Source of the DNA: Candidatus Cloacimonadales bacterium
GTDB taxonomy: Bacteria > Cloacimonadota > Cloacimonadia > Cloacimonadales > JAFGVF01
DNA length: 64,000 bases
Direction of reading: 5' to 3'
Assembly (NCBI GenBank): GCA_963667035.1
Contig: OY762964.1
Location: 1,184,001 to 1,248,000, forward strand
The position numbers and the translations under genes were made by a program. The notes under the pieces were generated by a model. That model worked only from the letters and a program-made list of their open reading frames with translations. It was not told the DNA's origin and made no database searches. The stretch's first letter is position 1. Every line of letters begins with the position of its first letter. Positions 10,110 to 19,993 of the stretch are shown here, one piece after another.

Positions 10110-10562
10110 ATGAAAGTAAAACTTGCATGTTGGATTAAGTCCGTATCCGGGAAACTTGATGACTTAGTGTTTTGTGTAGACAAGAAAACAGAAACAGTTT
10201 GGGTGCGTGACTATGTTGTGCCTGAACTTACAGAACAGAATCATCTCATGGGTAGCATTGCTAAGAATCTTGGCTTGTTTAGGAGGGATACAAGTGAAGG
10301 TTATTTTGCTGATTTAAAAGATTATTCAGATAGATATAACTTGTCCTCTTTAGGGCAATCAGGAAGAATGAATTGCTACGCTGCACATTTGAAAATGATG
10401 TTTGCCTTGAAGAAATCTACTCCGGAAGTCGATTTGTTGTCTATTACTCCTCAGGATGTGATTGATAATGATTTACCTGTTAAAACGATTGCAGAGGCTG
10501 TTGAGAATAAGCTATTACCCTCTGTAACCCGATTTGAAGAGTTAACCAATTTGATTATATAA
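10110..10562 (+). CDS. Uncharacterised 150-aa protein with N-terminal SGKLDDLVF...VRDYVVP motif
   Basis: ATG 10110 follows GGAG (10099-10102); ORF-track start 10089 is less likely. The N-terminal motif resembles, from memory and unverified, a widespread FCB-group hypothetical family (DUF6266-like). Confidence 0.75.
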   Translation: MKVKLACWIKSVSGKLDDLVFCVDKKTETVWVRDYVVPELTEQNHLMGSIAKNLGLFRRDTSEGYFADLKDYSDRYNLSSLGQSGRMNCYAAHLKMMFALKKSTPEVDLLSITPQDVIDNDLPVKTIAEAVENKLLPSVTRFEELTNLII

Positions 10563-11184
10563 AACCTCTGATATCCCCTCAGATACACTGAGAAAAGCCC
10601 GTCCAATCATTTTTAATTTTGCTATTCAATTCACTAATTATCAAGACAAAATCTTCATCTCATATTTCAGTATAATATACAATACTGTTTTAGCGGTTAA
10701 GAATTATGAATACCTCTTATAATGCATGGATAGATATAGTAAACAATAATAGAACAATATTTGTTAGATTATAACTTACTAACAACAAAGTTTACATTAA
10801 TATAACCTTAGTGGTAACAAAATATACAGTAACATATAAGAAGTAAATAAGAAATAAAACCATGTAAAAGCAAAGAAAGATGATACATAAACAATTAAAC
10901 AAAAAATAGTAAAATAAAAATATTAATTGGAATAACTAATGCAATAACATTAAATGTGTGGGAATTATAATAGGAGGGAAAGATGAAATATCATAACAAT
11001 TACACATAGTTTAGTGTTGAGTATAAGATTATATGTAACACAGATATGTTAACCGTTGTCTTTAAGTACAAGTTACCAACCGATAATGTCATCTATTTGT
11101 TATTACTTAACTTCACAAGTAATTTGCACTCAATTTACATTATAGCACTATTGCTATCAAAATAACTATAATAAAAGGGAAATT

Positions 11185-14100
11185 ATGAAGTATATATTTC
11201 TTATCCTAATAATATTTCCGGTAATCCTGTTTGCTGGAACCTATGTTTATCAAGTTGATATTGAAACTCCTGTAATTTCTGGGAATCAAATAACAAATTA
11301 TGAAAACCATATTGAGAATAAAGGTGATCCAAGGTTGCCATATGTTAATGTTACAATCTTACTGCCTATGGGAGAAGAGTTAACTAATGTAGCTTTCTCC
11401 GAGGTAGGCGTTGACTATACAGTTTCAAAGGTAGCCATTGATCCTTCCTATGGAATGTACTCAGGAGATTTTAAAACAATAACACAGTATTTCAGCAAGG
11501 TTTATGATGAGGATAAATTCTTTCCTGAAGAAACATTTTACTATCTTTCTCCATCAAGATTGAGAGGTTTTGAGTTATTGACTGTTTCTATCATACCTTA
11601 CAAGTATAATCCAAAAGCTTCCCAACTCAGTTATAACTCAGAGATTAAGGTCACTGTGAGCACTCAATATAATAATACTTTACACAATTTGCAAAGTGAT
11701 ATGTTATTATCATCCCCTTCAACTGAAATTGATTTCATTAATAGGAGTGTTGTAAACCCATCAGTTGCAAGTACATATGTTAAAGCTCAAAGATATAATA
11801 CTTTTCCACAATCATTAGTAGATGCAAATCATCCTCATAATATGATAATCATAACAGAGCAAAGCTACATTGATAATGGTTGTTTTGATGATTATGTCGA
11901 GTGGAGAGAGAGCAATGGATATGCTGGTTTTGGTTCAGCCACAAATGGAATAATAAATGATATAGGAGTTTACTCTCTTCAGAATATTTATAGTACCTAT
12001 ACCGGAGATGATAATGCAGACAAAATAAGGAATTTTATAATTGATGCATATCAGACATTCTCTTCTACAAATACACCCCTAAATTATGTAATGTTAAATG
12101 GAGACATTACAATTATACCATCAAGGCACTTAAGAGTACATGATAATGAAGACCACGTTCAGATTGTCGAATGTGATACCTACTTTGGCGGATTGGATGA
12201 TGATTGGAAAAACAACAATGGATCTTATAATTGTTATCGTAATGATAACAATGCAGATTTTGTAGCCGAAGTAAGCATAGGACGATTACCAATACATAAT
12301 TCGTCAGAACTGTTTAATATACTGAATAAAACAATGAATTTCTTCTCAGCAAATAGTAATAAATGGTTGTTAGCTGGAGGATGGTTAGTGGATGTAGAAG
12401 CACTTCGAGTACAAGTTGGAACCATTACAGCTGAATATAATTGCGAAGAGTTTTATGATGCTATCAATGGTCAAGAGAATATCGAGTTATCATCAGTATA
12501 TAATTCGAGTGATGATGTTGATATAAGCTCAGAGTTAAATGAAGGTTTTGGTTTAGTATATCACTTTAGTCACGCTAATGAAGTACAAAATTTTGGATTA
12601 CAATATTGGCAGGTCGCCAATTTAACTAATACATCTTATTCTGCTATTATATCTGCTGGATGCTCGTCAATGGATTATGACTCTTCAATTATTTCAGATT
12701 CGATTGGGGAAAGATTTATAACAGCAAGTAATGGGGCATATTTATACTGTGGGAACACTGACAAAGGGTGGTTTTCTTCTTTCTTAAGCCCTACTCATGG
12801 TTGGATAGCAACAGGTCCGAGTTTATTTTTAGATAAGGAAATTGCGTACTGGATGTCAAATGATAGTAACAATCCTTATACTCCTTTATGCTTTGGAGCT
12901 GTATTAGATAATGCTAAGTGTTATACATATAATAATATTCCTGCAGGGACGTCAGATCTTTGGCTATATCAGTTAGCTTCTAGAAACTTACTCGGTGATC
13001 CCTCAATAGTGATACCCTTTTTCTTCCCTGATGGTGTAACAAATTTAAATGGAACTCTTTGGGATAATCAGATTTATCCGGTCTACGGAGATGTGACAGT
13101 CGGTGTTGGCTCGACATTTACAATGATGCCAGGTTCACAACTGCTTTTCATGGGAGATTTTGGACTTACAGTTAATGGATCGCTACAAATATTAGGTACA
13201 GAAGAAAATCCTGTTACAATATCCGGACATACAACAGGATGGCAAGGTATCACTTTTGAAAATACAAGCAGTTCAGTGTCATCAACAGTTTCATATTGTG
13301 AGATATCTAACTGTGTAGCAAATAATAATCAGACAAAACATCTACCTGACCCATCTATCATGGGGGCCGCAATATATGCTCATAATGCCGACAACTTGAC
13401 TATTGATAATTGTACTTTTTCCAATAATATAGCAAACCACGAAGGTGGTGCTATTTATCTTTACAATTCCGATACTGAAATTAGTGATTGTACTTTTATT
13501 GGGAACTTATCAATGGGAGGATCAGGCAATCTTAAAGCAGGTGGAGCTGTTTTCATTGAGAACTCAGATTTTTCAATAACCGATTGCTACTTCGAAGATA
13601 ATAGTGGCACCAATGGTGGTGCTCTGTGTATTCATAATAGCACCGGTACAATAGATTATTCTACTTTTGTTGATAATCGTGGAACCGGAGCTGCAATGCT
13701 TATCAAGAACTCATCTCCAACTATCAATAATTGCACAATAACTAAGCATTACCGTGATACCTTTATGGGTTATATTACAATGTATGATAGTGATGCAGTT
13801 TTTAATAACTCAATTATTCAGGACAATGATGATAATCAGATTAAACTGAATGACTCTGATCCAATCTTTAATTACTGTAACATACAACATGGTAGATATG
13901 AAGCTGTTAATCAATCTGGCGTAAATAATCCTACTTATAGTAACATTATTTGTAAAAAGCCATATTTTATTGAAGATGAACCTTTTTCTTATCGTTTAAA
14001 AGAACATAGTGCTTGTGTAGATACCGGTGATCCTACATTGCTTGACAGTGATGGTACGGTTAGAGATATGGGGGCACAACCAATACCTATGAAGGTTTTT

Positions 14101-15363
14101 TATAGAGATGTATATAATTGGACTTCATTCCCTAAACTTGCAAATACAACAACAACAATTAGTGATGCTTTTAGTTCATTGGTGCCAGATACACCTACTA
14201 TAGATGTTGTACTACCGGATGAAAGCAATGCTCATTACGAATCTAACGACTGGACAGGTCAGTCAAACAATATTGTCAGTCAAACAGCATGTTATAAAGT
14301 AAAAACAGATGATGATTTCGAGTCATATAGAGAATCATTGGGTCAGTCGATTCCTGATAATACAACTATAAACTTAGGTTCAGGTGAGAATAAGGTAGGT
14401 TATTGGTTGAAAGAACCTCAAACATTGCGAGATGCTTTTTCAGATGAAAATGGAAACATGTATAGTGATTGGTGGGATAAAATTGAATCAGTACAATCAC
14501 AATATGTTTACTATCAGAAACCGACATCTGGAGGTGGGGGAGGGAACCAACAAACTAAAGATGATGTCCAAACAATAATAGTTTATGATGCTACTGCGTT
14601 ACATTTAGAATATGGTAAAGGATATGTGGTGACGCTTTATTCTGGAGAGACTATACAGAACTTTAGTTGGAATCCTCCTACTGTAGTCTCTGCACCACCA
14701 GAAATACTTAAGCCACAAAACTTTGAGTTTACTTATACTCCTGAGTATGAGGCTATAGATATTGTGTCTTCTGAAAGTATTACTCAAAAGAATAATGAAG
14801 TAACTGAAATTGGTGCTTTTGATGGAGAAACATGCATTGGTGCAGTGGTTGTAGAACAGTTCCCGGTTCAATTATTAACTTATCCATTACCTCAAAGTAA
14901 AACAGCAAACACTTTGGAGTTTAGAGTAATTTATGCGAATAAATCTGATGCGTGTACTTTTAAGAAATATCAAGTATTAAATTGTGAAACAAATGAGTTT
15001 GAACAGAAGGGCATAAAGCCGGGTGAGAACCTGAGTACTATAGTCAAACTTTCTGAGCCTGATAATGAGACTCATTCGGTGAATAAGTATATGAGACTGG
15101 ATAATAACTATCCTAACCCATTTAATCCAACAACAAGCATTAGTTTCTATGTTCCAAAAGCGAGCGAAGTTTCTCTTGACATATACAATATAAAAGGGCA
15201 AAAGATTAAAACGTTGCATTCCGGTAAAATAGCTGAAGGTCAGCATACATTGACTTGGAATGGAGAAGATAATAATAACGAATATGTGGCATCCGGTGTT
15301 TATTTCTATAGACTGAAAAATGGAAATGAAACAAAACAGAAAAAGATGCTACTTTTAAAGTAG
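11185..15363 (+). CDS. Gingipain-like peptidase C25 (propeptide plus catalytic domain) fused to right-handed beta-helix and FlgD-Ig/T9SS-like CTD
   Basis: Signal peptide, GDPRLPY propeptide, VSIGRLP, candidate His/Cys dyad HFSHA...SAGC, NLLGDP, GGA-rich beta-helix repeats, NYPNPFNP CTD. Confidence 0.85.
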   Translation: MKYIFLILIIFPVILFAGTYVYQVDIETPVISGNQITNYENHIENKGDPRLPYVNVTILLPMGEELTNVAFSEVGVDYTVSKVAIDPSYGMYSGDFKTITQYFSKVYDEDKFFPEETFYYLSPSRLRGFELLTVSIIPYKYNPKASQLSYNSEIKVTVSTQYNNTLHNLQSDMLLSSPSTEIDFINRSVVNPSVASTYVKAQRYNTFPQSLVDANHPHNMIIITEQSYIDNGCFDDYVEWRESNGYAGFGSATNGIINDIGVYSLQNIYSTYTGDDNADKIRNFIIDAYQTFSSTNTPLNYVMLNGDITIIPSRHLRVHDNEDHVQIVECDTYFGGLDDDWKNNNGSYNCYRNDNNADFVAEVSIGRLPIHNSSELFNILNKTMNFFSANSNKWLLAGGWLVDVEALRVQVGTITAEYNCEEFYDAINGQENIELSSVYNSSDDVDISSELNEGFGLVYHFSHANEVQNFGLQYWQVANLTNTSYSAIISAGCSSMDYDSSIISDSIGERFITASNGAYLYCGNTDKGWFSSFLSPTHGWIATGPSLFLDKEIAYWMSNDSNNPYTPLCFGAVLDNAKCYTYNNIPAGTSDLWLYQLASRNLLGDPSIVIPFFFPDGVTNLNGTLWDNQIYPVYGDVTVGVGSTFTMMPGSQLLFMGDFGLTVNGSLQILGTEENPVTISGHTTGWQGITFENTSSSVSSTVSYCEISNCVANNNQTKHLPDPSIMGAAIYAHNADNLTIDNCTFSNNIANHEGGAIYLYNSDTEISDCTFIGNLSMGGSGNLKAGGAVFIENSDFSITDCYFEDNSGTNGGALCIHNSTGTIDYSTFVDNRGTGAAMLIKNSSPTINNCTITKHYRDTFMGYITMYDSDAVFNNSIIQDNDDNQIKLNDSDPIFNYCNIQHGRYEAVNQSGVNNPTYSNIICKKPYFIEDEPFSYRLKEHSACVDTGDPTLLDSDGTVRDMGAQPIPMKVFYRDVYNWTSFPKLANTTTTISDAFSSLVPDTPTIDVVLPDESNAHYESNDWTGQSNNIVSQTACYKVKTDDDFESYRESLGQSIPDNTTINLGSGENKVGYWLKEPQTLRDAFSDENGNMYSDWWDKIESVQSQYVYYQKPTSGGGGGNQQTKDDVQTIIVYDATALHLEYGKGYVVTLYSGETIQNFSWNPPTVVSAPPEILKPQNFEFTYTPEYEAIDIVSSESITQKNNEVTEIGAFDGETCIGAVVVEQFPVQLLTYPLPQSKTANTLEFRVIYANKSDACTFKKYQVLNCETNEFEQKGIKPGENLSTIVKLSEPDNETHSVNKYMRLDNNYPNPFNPTTSISFYVPKASEVSLDIYNIKGQKIKTLHSGKIAEGQHTLTWNGEDNNNEYVASGVYFYRLKNGNETKQKKMLLLK

Positions 15364-15377
15364 ATAATTTGAATATA

Positions 15378-15407
15378 ATTCCCTATGGGCGTATGCCCAT
15401 AGGGAAT
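15378..15407. repeat. Intergenic 13-bp-stem hairpin (CCCTATGG...CCATAGGG family)
   Basis: ATTCCCTATGGGC-GTAT-GCCCATAGGGAAT; no U-tract. Confidence 0.85.
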
Positions 15408-15421
15408 GCTTAAGGAATTAT

Positions 15422-17665
15422 ATGAAACTTAGCTTAATATTAGTATTGCTATTATTTACTAATGGGATATTCTGTGTTGTATTTGAGATTTTCGAAGACG
15501 GAACAGGAGATTACTCAACAATCCAGAGTGCAATAGATGTTTCTGTTGACTATGATGTTATACTAGTGCATCCTGGAGTGTATTATGAGAATCTTACTAT
15601 CACCAGTAAAGATATCACAATTAATAGTGATTTTTATGAGTCTCATGATCCTATGGATATCGCTAATACAATAATCGATGGTAATCGAGAAGGAAGCGTG
15701 ATTAGTATTCTCAATTCAAATTGGCTTCAAATAAACGGCTTTACAATCAAAAATGGTTCAGGGGAAGTGCCCTACACATATGTTGTTGGTGGAGGGATCC
15801 ATGCATCAAATTCACATGTTACAGTCAAGAATTGTCTTATTAAAGAAAATCGAGCTGATTTAGGTGGAGGAATCATGCTTACTGATTCCAACCTGTACTT
15901 GGAAAGTAGTACTATAAAATCTAATATTGCTTTTTATTTTGGTGGAGGGATTGCGATTAGTAACTCAAATGTAACTTTTCATGGTTCAAATCTTAACAAT
16001 ATATACCTAAACTATGCAGGTTCCGGTAATGATTTGTTTAGCACTTACAATAGCCCTTTGCAGACAGTGATTATTGATACTTTTACAGTAGCCAATCCAA
16101 CAATTTACCATGCTTTCCCATCAGACTTATATTCCGAACCTATATACCCTTTAGAAAGTAGATTCGATTTCGTGATACAGAATCATGTGGTAGATGAAGT
16201 AGCATCAGACCTTTATGTCTCAACAACAGGTGATGATAGTAATAATGGGGAATCCCCTGATTTCCCAATAAAAACAATTGCTTATGCTATGTTAAAAGTA
16301 GATTCAGATAGTTTAACCCACAGAACTATACATGTAGCAGATGGTGTATACTCTGAAAGCTTAAATAATCAAGTATTTCCAATTCATCTAAAAGATAATG
16401 TGAGCATAGTAGGTGAATCAGATACCGGAACATTCTTTGATGCAGAATCTATAACAGGCTTCTTCCGTTCTACATATAATGATAAAAATGTATGTATTAG
16501 GAATTTCTCACTTATAAACGGTTACAATAATCAGGGAATCTATCTCCATCATGCAATAGATTTCCAAATAGATAATGTTGATATATCCAACTATGTTGGT
16601 TCAAGGGAGGCGGTTTACATTATTTGCAGCGATGGTGATGTAAACAACCTTAGAATACATGATAGTAATCTTTGGGGTGCTCTTTCATTTATTTATGAAG
16701 ATGATTCATCCATCACGAATACTCGGATATATGATAATACTCAGTTTATCTCCGAAGACACATTCAGTTATTTTAGTATCGGAATACATTCGCAAAATGG
16801 AAGTGTTATGAACATTGTAAATACTGAGATTGTAAATAATACTGAAACTTATTCTGATTGGAGTTATGGAGGGGTTGCTTTAGGAATTACTTCTCTCGGC
16901 TATCCTACTCCCGCTACATGTAATCTAATCAACTCGACTATTGCTGATAACCATGCTGATTCATTTTTCGGTTCCGCTATTTCAGCTTCTACAGTCTCAA
17001 AACTAAATATTGTTAACTCCATTGTTTATGGTAATACTCCTCATCAGATTGTTTTGAATAATCAGACTTATCAGGAATCATTGTTTGTAAGAAACTCTTT
17101 AATTCAAGGTGGAGAGGAAAACATAGGTATGCTCGGTGAAGGATTTATTGATTGGCAGGATAATAATATCACGGATAATCCCATATGGGATGTTGATGAT
17201 GGTTATTACTTCCTTTCATCTCTTTCCCCTGCAGTAGATGCGGGAACAACAATCATGCCCGAAGGAGTGCAACTTCCTGAATATGATTTGACCGGATATG
17301 CCCGTATCTATGGAGACCAAATAGATATTGGATGTCATGAATGGAATCCAGTTTATATAGATGAAGATATATTGGTACACTCTCAACAAGAAACATATCT
17401 ATACAATGCATACCCCAATCCATTTAATCCTGAAACTACAATTTCCTTTGACTTACCGGTCAGAGGTAAGACCGAATTAAGTATTTTTAATATCAGAGGT
17501 CAGAAGATAACTACTCTTATCAATGAAGAGATGAGTATGGGACATCATTCCATCATTTGGGATAGTAAAGATAACAATGGAAAAAGTGCTCCATCAGGTG
17601 TCTACTTTTATAGAATTGAAACTCCAAGTATAACTCTAATAAAAAAGATGATATTGATGAAGTAG
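15422..17665 (+). CDS. Secreted beta-helix protein paralog A (DUF1565-like, choice-of-anchor Q-like, CTD)
   Basis: Signal peptide, TIQSAID/VHPGxYYEN, LYVSTTGDDSNNGES, SPAVDAG...IDIGCHE, YPNPFNP CTD. Confidence 0.85.
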   Translation: MKLSLILVLLLFTNGIFCVVFEIFEDGTGDYSTIQSAIDVSVDYDVILVHPGVYYENLTITSKDITINSDFYESHDPMDIANTIIDGNREGSVISILNSNWLQINGFTIKNGSGEVPYTYVVGGGIHASNSHVTVKNCLIKENRADLGGGIMLTDSNLYLESSTIKSNIAFYFGGGIAISNSNVTFHGSNLNNIYLNYAGSGNDLFSTYNSPLQTVIIDTFTVANPTIYHAFPSDLYSEPIYPLESRFDFVIQNHVVDEVASDLYVSTTGDDSNNGESPDFPIKTIAYAMLKVDSDSLTHRTIHVADGVYSESLNNQVFPIHLKDNVSIVGESDTGTFFDAESITGFFRSTYNDKNVCIRNFSLINGYNNQGIYLHHAIDFQIDNVDISNYVGSREAVYIICSDGDVNNLRIHDSNLWGALSFIYEDDSSITNTRIYDNTQFISEDTFSYFSIGIHSQNGSVMNIVNTEIVNNTETYSDWSYGGVALGITSLGYPTPATCNLINSTIADNHADSFFGSAISASTVSKLNIVNSIVYGNTPHQIVLNNQTYQESLFVRNSLIQGGEENIGMLGEGFIDWQDNNITDNPIWDVDDGYYFLSSLSPAVDAGTTIMPEGVQLPEYDLTGYARIYGDQIDIGCHEWNPVYIDEDILVHSQQETYLYNAYPNPFNPETTISFDLPVRGKTELSIFNIRGQKITTLINEEMSMGHHSIIWDSKDNNGKSAPSGVYFYRIETPSITLIKKMILMK

Positions 17666-17699
17666 GGTGTACACCCATAGGGAATGCTTAAGGAATTAT

Positions 17700-19943
17700 A
17701 TGAAACTTAGCTTAATATTAGTATTGCTATTATTTACTAATGGGATATTCTGTGTTGTATTTGAGATTTTCGAAGACGGAACAGGAGATTACTCAACAAT
17801 CCAGAGTGCAATAGATGTTTCTGTTGACTATGATGTTATACTCGTGCATCCTGGGACATATTATGAGAATCTTTCGATTGTAGATAAAGAGTTAACTCTT
17901 ATGAGCGACTTCCCCAATACAAACAACCCAACGGATATTGCGAGTACAGTTATTGATGGAAATCGAAATGGAAGTGTAATCAATATCATCAATACAAACT
18001 GGCTTCAGATTAACGGATTTACAATTAGAAATGGCTCGGGTGAAATCCCTTATCTTTCATATATTGGTGGTGGTTTGAAAGTTGAAGATTCAAGTTTTAT
18101 TGTAAAGAATTGCCATATACAAAATAATCAGGCTGATTTAGGAGGGGGAATATTACTTAGTAATTCCAACTTGAATCTTGAAGGTTCTACAATAAGACAT
18201 AATACGGCCTTCCGTTTTGGAGGAGGAATCTACATCAATAATTCAGATGTAACTTTCCATGCATCCAGTCTTAACAACATCTATCTTAACTATGCAGGAT
18301 CTGGTAACGAACTATACAGTACATATAACAGTCCTATACAAAGCGTAGTTGTAGATACATTTACTGTGGAAAACCCGACAATCTATCATGCTTTTCCCAC
18401 AGATATGTACTCCGAGCCAATACTTCCAATAGAAAGCAGATTTAGTTTTTCAATTCAGAATCATTTAGTTGACGAGGTAGCTTCTGACCTCTATGTCTCA
18501 ACAACAGGTGATGATAGTAATAATGGTGAGTCGTCAGACTCTCCTTTAAAAACTATAGCCTACGCAATGTTAAAAGTAGATTCAGATAGTTTAACCCACA
18601 GAACTATATATGTAGCAGATGGTGTATACTCTGAAAGCTTAAATAATCAAGTATTTCCAATTCATCTAAAAGATAATGTGAGCATAGTAGGTGAATCAGA
18701 TACCGGAACAATCCTTGATGCAGAATCTATAACAGGCTTCTTCCGTTCTACATATCATGATAAAAATGTAGATATTAGAAATTTTTCACTTATAAACGGT
18801 TACAATAATCAGGGAATCCATCTCCATCATGCAATAGATTTCCAAATAGATAATGTTGATATATCCAACTATGTTGGATCAAGAGAAGCAGTTTATCTTA
18901 AACTTAGTGAAGGAGTTGTGAATAATGTGAGAATCCATGATGGTACTTTCTGGGGAGCTTTGTCATTCACTTTCACAGATGATTCAACAATTTCGAATAC
19001 GCGGATATATGATAATACAGAGTTTATTTCCGAAGACACATTCAGTTATTTTAGTATTGGGGCACATTCATATAATGGAAGTGTCATAAATATTATTAAT
19101 ACCGAGATTGTTAATAATACTGAAACTTATTCTGATTGGAACAGAGGTGGCGTAGCTTTGATAATTACTTCAGGAGGATATCCAACCCCTGCAATATGTA
19201 ATCTAATCAACTCTACTATTGCTGATAACCATGCTGATTCATTTTTCGGTTCTGCTATTTCAGCTTCTACAGTCTCAAAACTAAATATTGTTAACTCCAT
19301 TGTTTATGGTAATACTCCTCATCAGATTGTTTTGAATAATCAGACTTATCAGGAATCATTGTTTGTAAGAAACTCTTTAATTCAAGGTGGAGAGGAGAAC
19401 ATAGGTATGCTCGGTGAAGGATTTATTGATTGGCAGGATAATAATATCACGGATAATCCCATATGGGATGTTGATGATGGTTATTACTTCCTTTCATCTC
19501 TTTCCCCTGCAGTAGATGCGGGTACAACAATCATGCCCGAAGGAGTGCAACTTCCTGAATATGATTTGACCGGATATGCCCGTATCTATGGAGACCAAAT
19601 AGATATTGGATGCCATGAATGGAATCCCGTTGGAATTGAGGAAGAGATTTTGGTACATTCTCAACAAGAAATATATCTATACAATGCATATCCTAATCCT
19701 TTCAATCCAATTACAACTATAACATACAGCGTCCCAAACAGATCTGATGTAGAGATCTCTGTGTATAATGTTAAAGGACAGAAGATAAAGACCTTGTATT
19801 CTGGTGTTGTTGAAGAAGGCTATCATACAGTTTCATGGGATGGAACTTCTGATAACAATAAAAGTATTGCGTCAGGAGTTTATTTCTATAGATTAAAATG
19901 TGGAAATCAAAGCAGGCAAAAGAAGATGCTGTTGCTAAAATAA
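17700..19943 (+). CDS. Secreted beta-helix protein paralog B
   Basis: Same architecture as A. ATG 17700 sits in a context identical to A's start (AAGGAATTAT-ATG), so ORF-track start 17667 is an overextension. Confidence 0.85.
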   Translation: MKLSLILVLLLFTNGIFCVVFEIFEDGTGDYSTIQSAIDVSVDYDVILVHPGTYYENLSIVDKELTLMSDFPNTNNPTDIASTVIDGNRNGSVINIINTNWLQINGFTIRNGSGEIPYLSYIGGGLKVEDSSFIVKNCHIQNNQADLGGGILLSNSNLNLEGSTIRHNTAFRFGGGIYINNSDVTFHASSLNNIYLNYAGSGNELYSTYNSPIQSVVVDTFTVENPTIYHAFPTDMYSEPILPIESRFSFSIQNHLVDEVASDLYVSTTGDDSNNGESSDSPLKTIAYAMLKVDSDSLTHRTIYVADGVYSESLNNQVFPIHLKDNVSIVGESDTGTILDAESITGFFRSTYHDKNVDIRNFSLINGYNNQGIHLHHAIDFQIDNVDISNYVGSREAVYLKLSEGVVNNVRIHDGTFWGALSFTFTDDSTISNTRIYDNTEFISEDTFSYFSIGAHSYNGSVINIINTEIVNNTETYSDWNRGGVALIITSGGYPTPAICNLINSTIADNHADSFFGSAISASTVSKLNIVNSIVYGNTPHQIVLNNQTYQESLFVRNSLIQGGEENIGMLGEGFIDWQDNNITDNPIWDVDDGYYFLSSLSPAVDAGTTIMPEGVQLPEYDLTGYARIYGDQIDIGCHEWNPVGIEEEILVHSQQEIYLYNAYPNPFNPITTITYSVPNRSDVEISVYNVKGQKIKTLYSGVVEEGYHTVSWDGTSDNNKSIASGVYFYRLKCGNQSRQKKMLLLK

Positions 19944-19950
19944 AATAACA

Positions 19951-19980
19951 ATCCCCTATGGATGAAAATCCATAGGGGAT
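19951..19980. repeat. Intergenic 13-bp-stem hairpin with GAAA loop (CCCTATGG...CCATAGGG family)
   Basis: ATCCCCTATGGAT-GAAA-ATCCATAGGGGAT; no U-tract. Confidence 0.85.
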
Positions 19981-19993
19981 AATCTGAGGTTTT

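Noticed and set aside
10593..10603. AAAGCCCGTC matching inverted GACGGGCTTT near 34845
   Set aside because: A 10-bp match is expected by chance in 64 kb and flanking similarity is weak.
10971..11009. Strong RBS (AGGAGG) with 8-codon ORF MKYHNNYT
   Set aside because: Too short to support; could be a decayed gene start or chance.
17667..17699. ORF-track N-terminal extensions (also 22367-22492, 10089-10109, 32277-32324)
   Set aside because: Downstream ATGs have RBSs and, for the secreted proteins, begin the signal peptide; several extensions run through hairpins.
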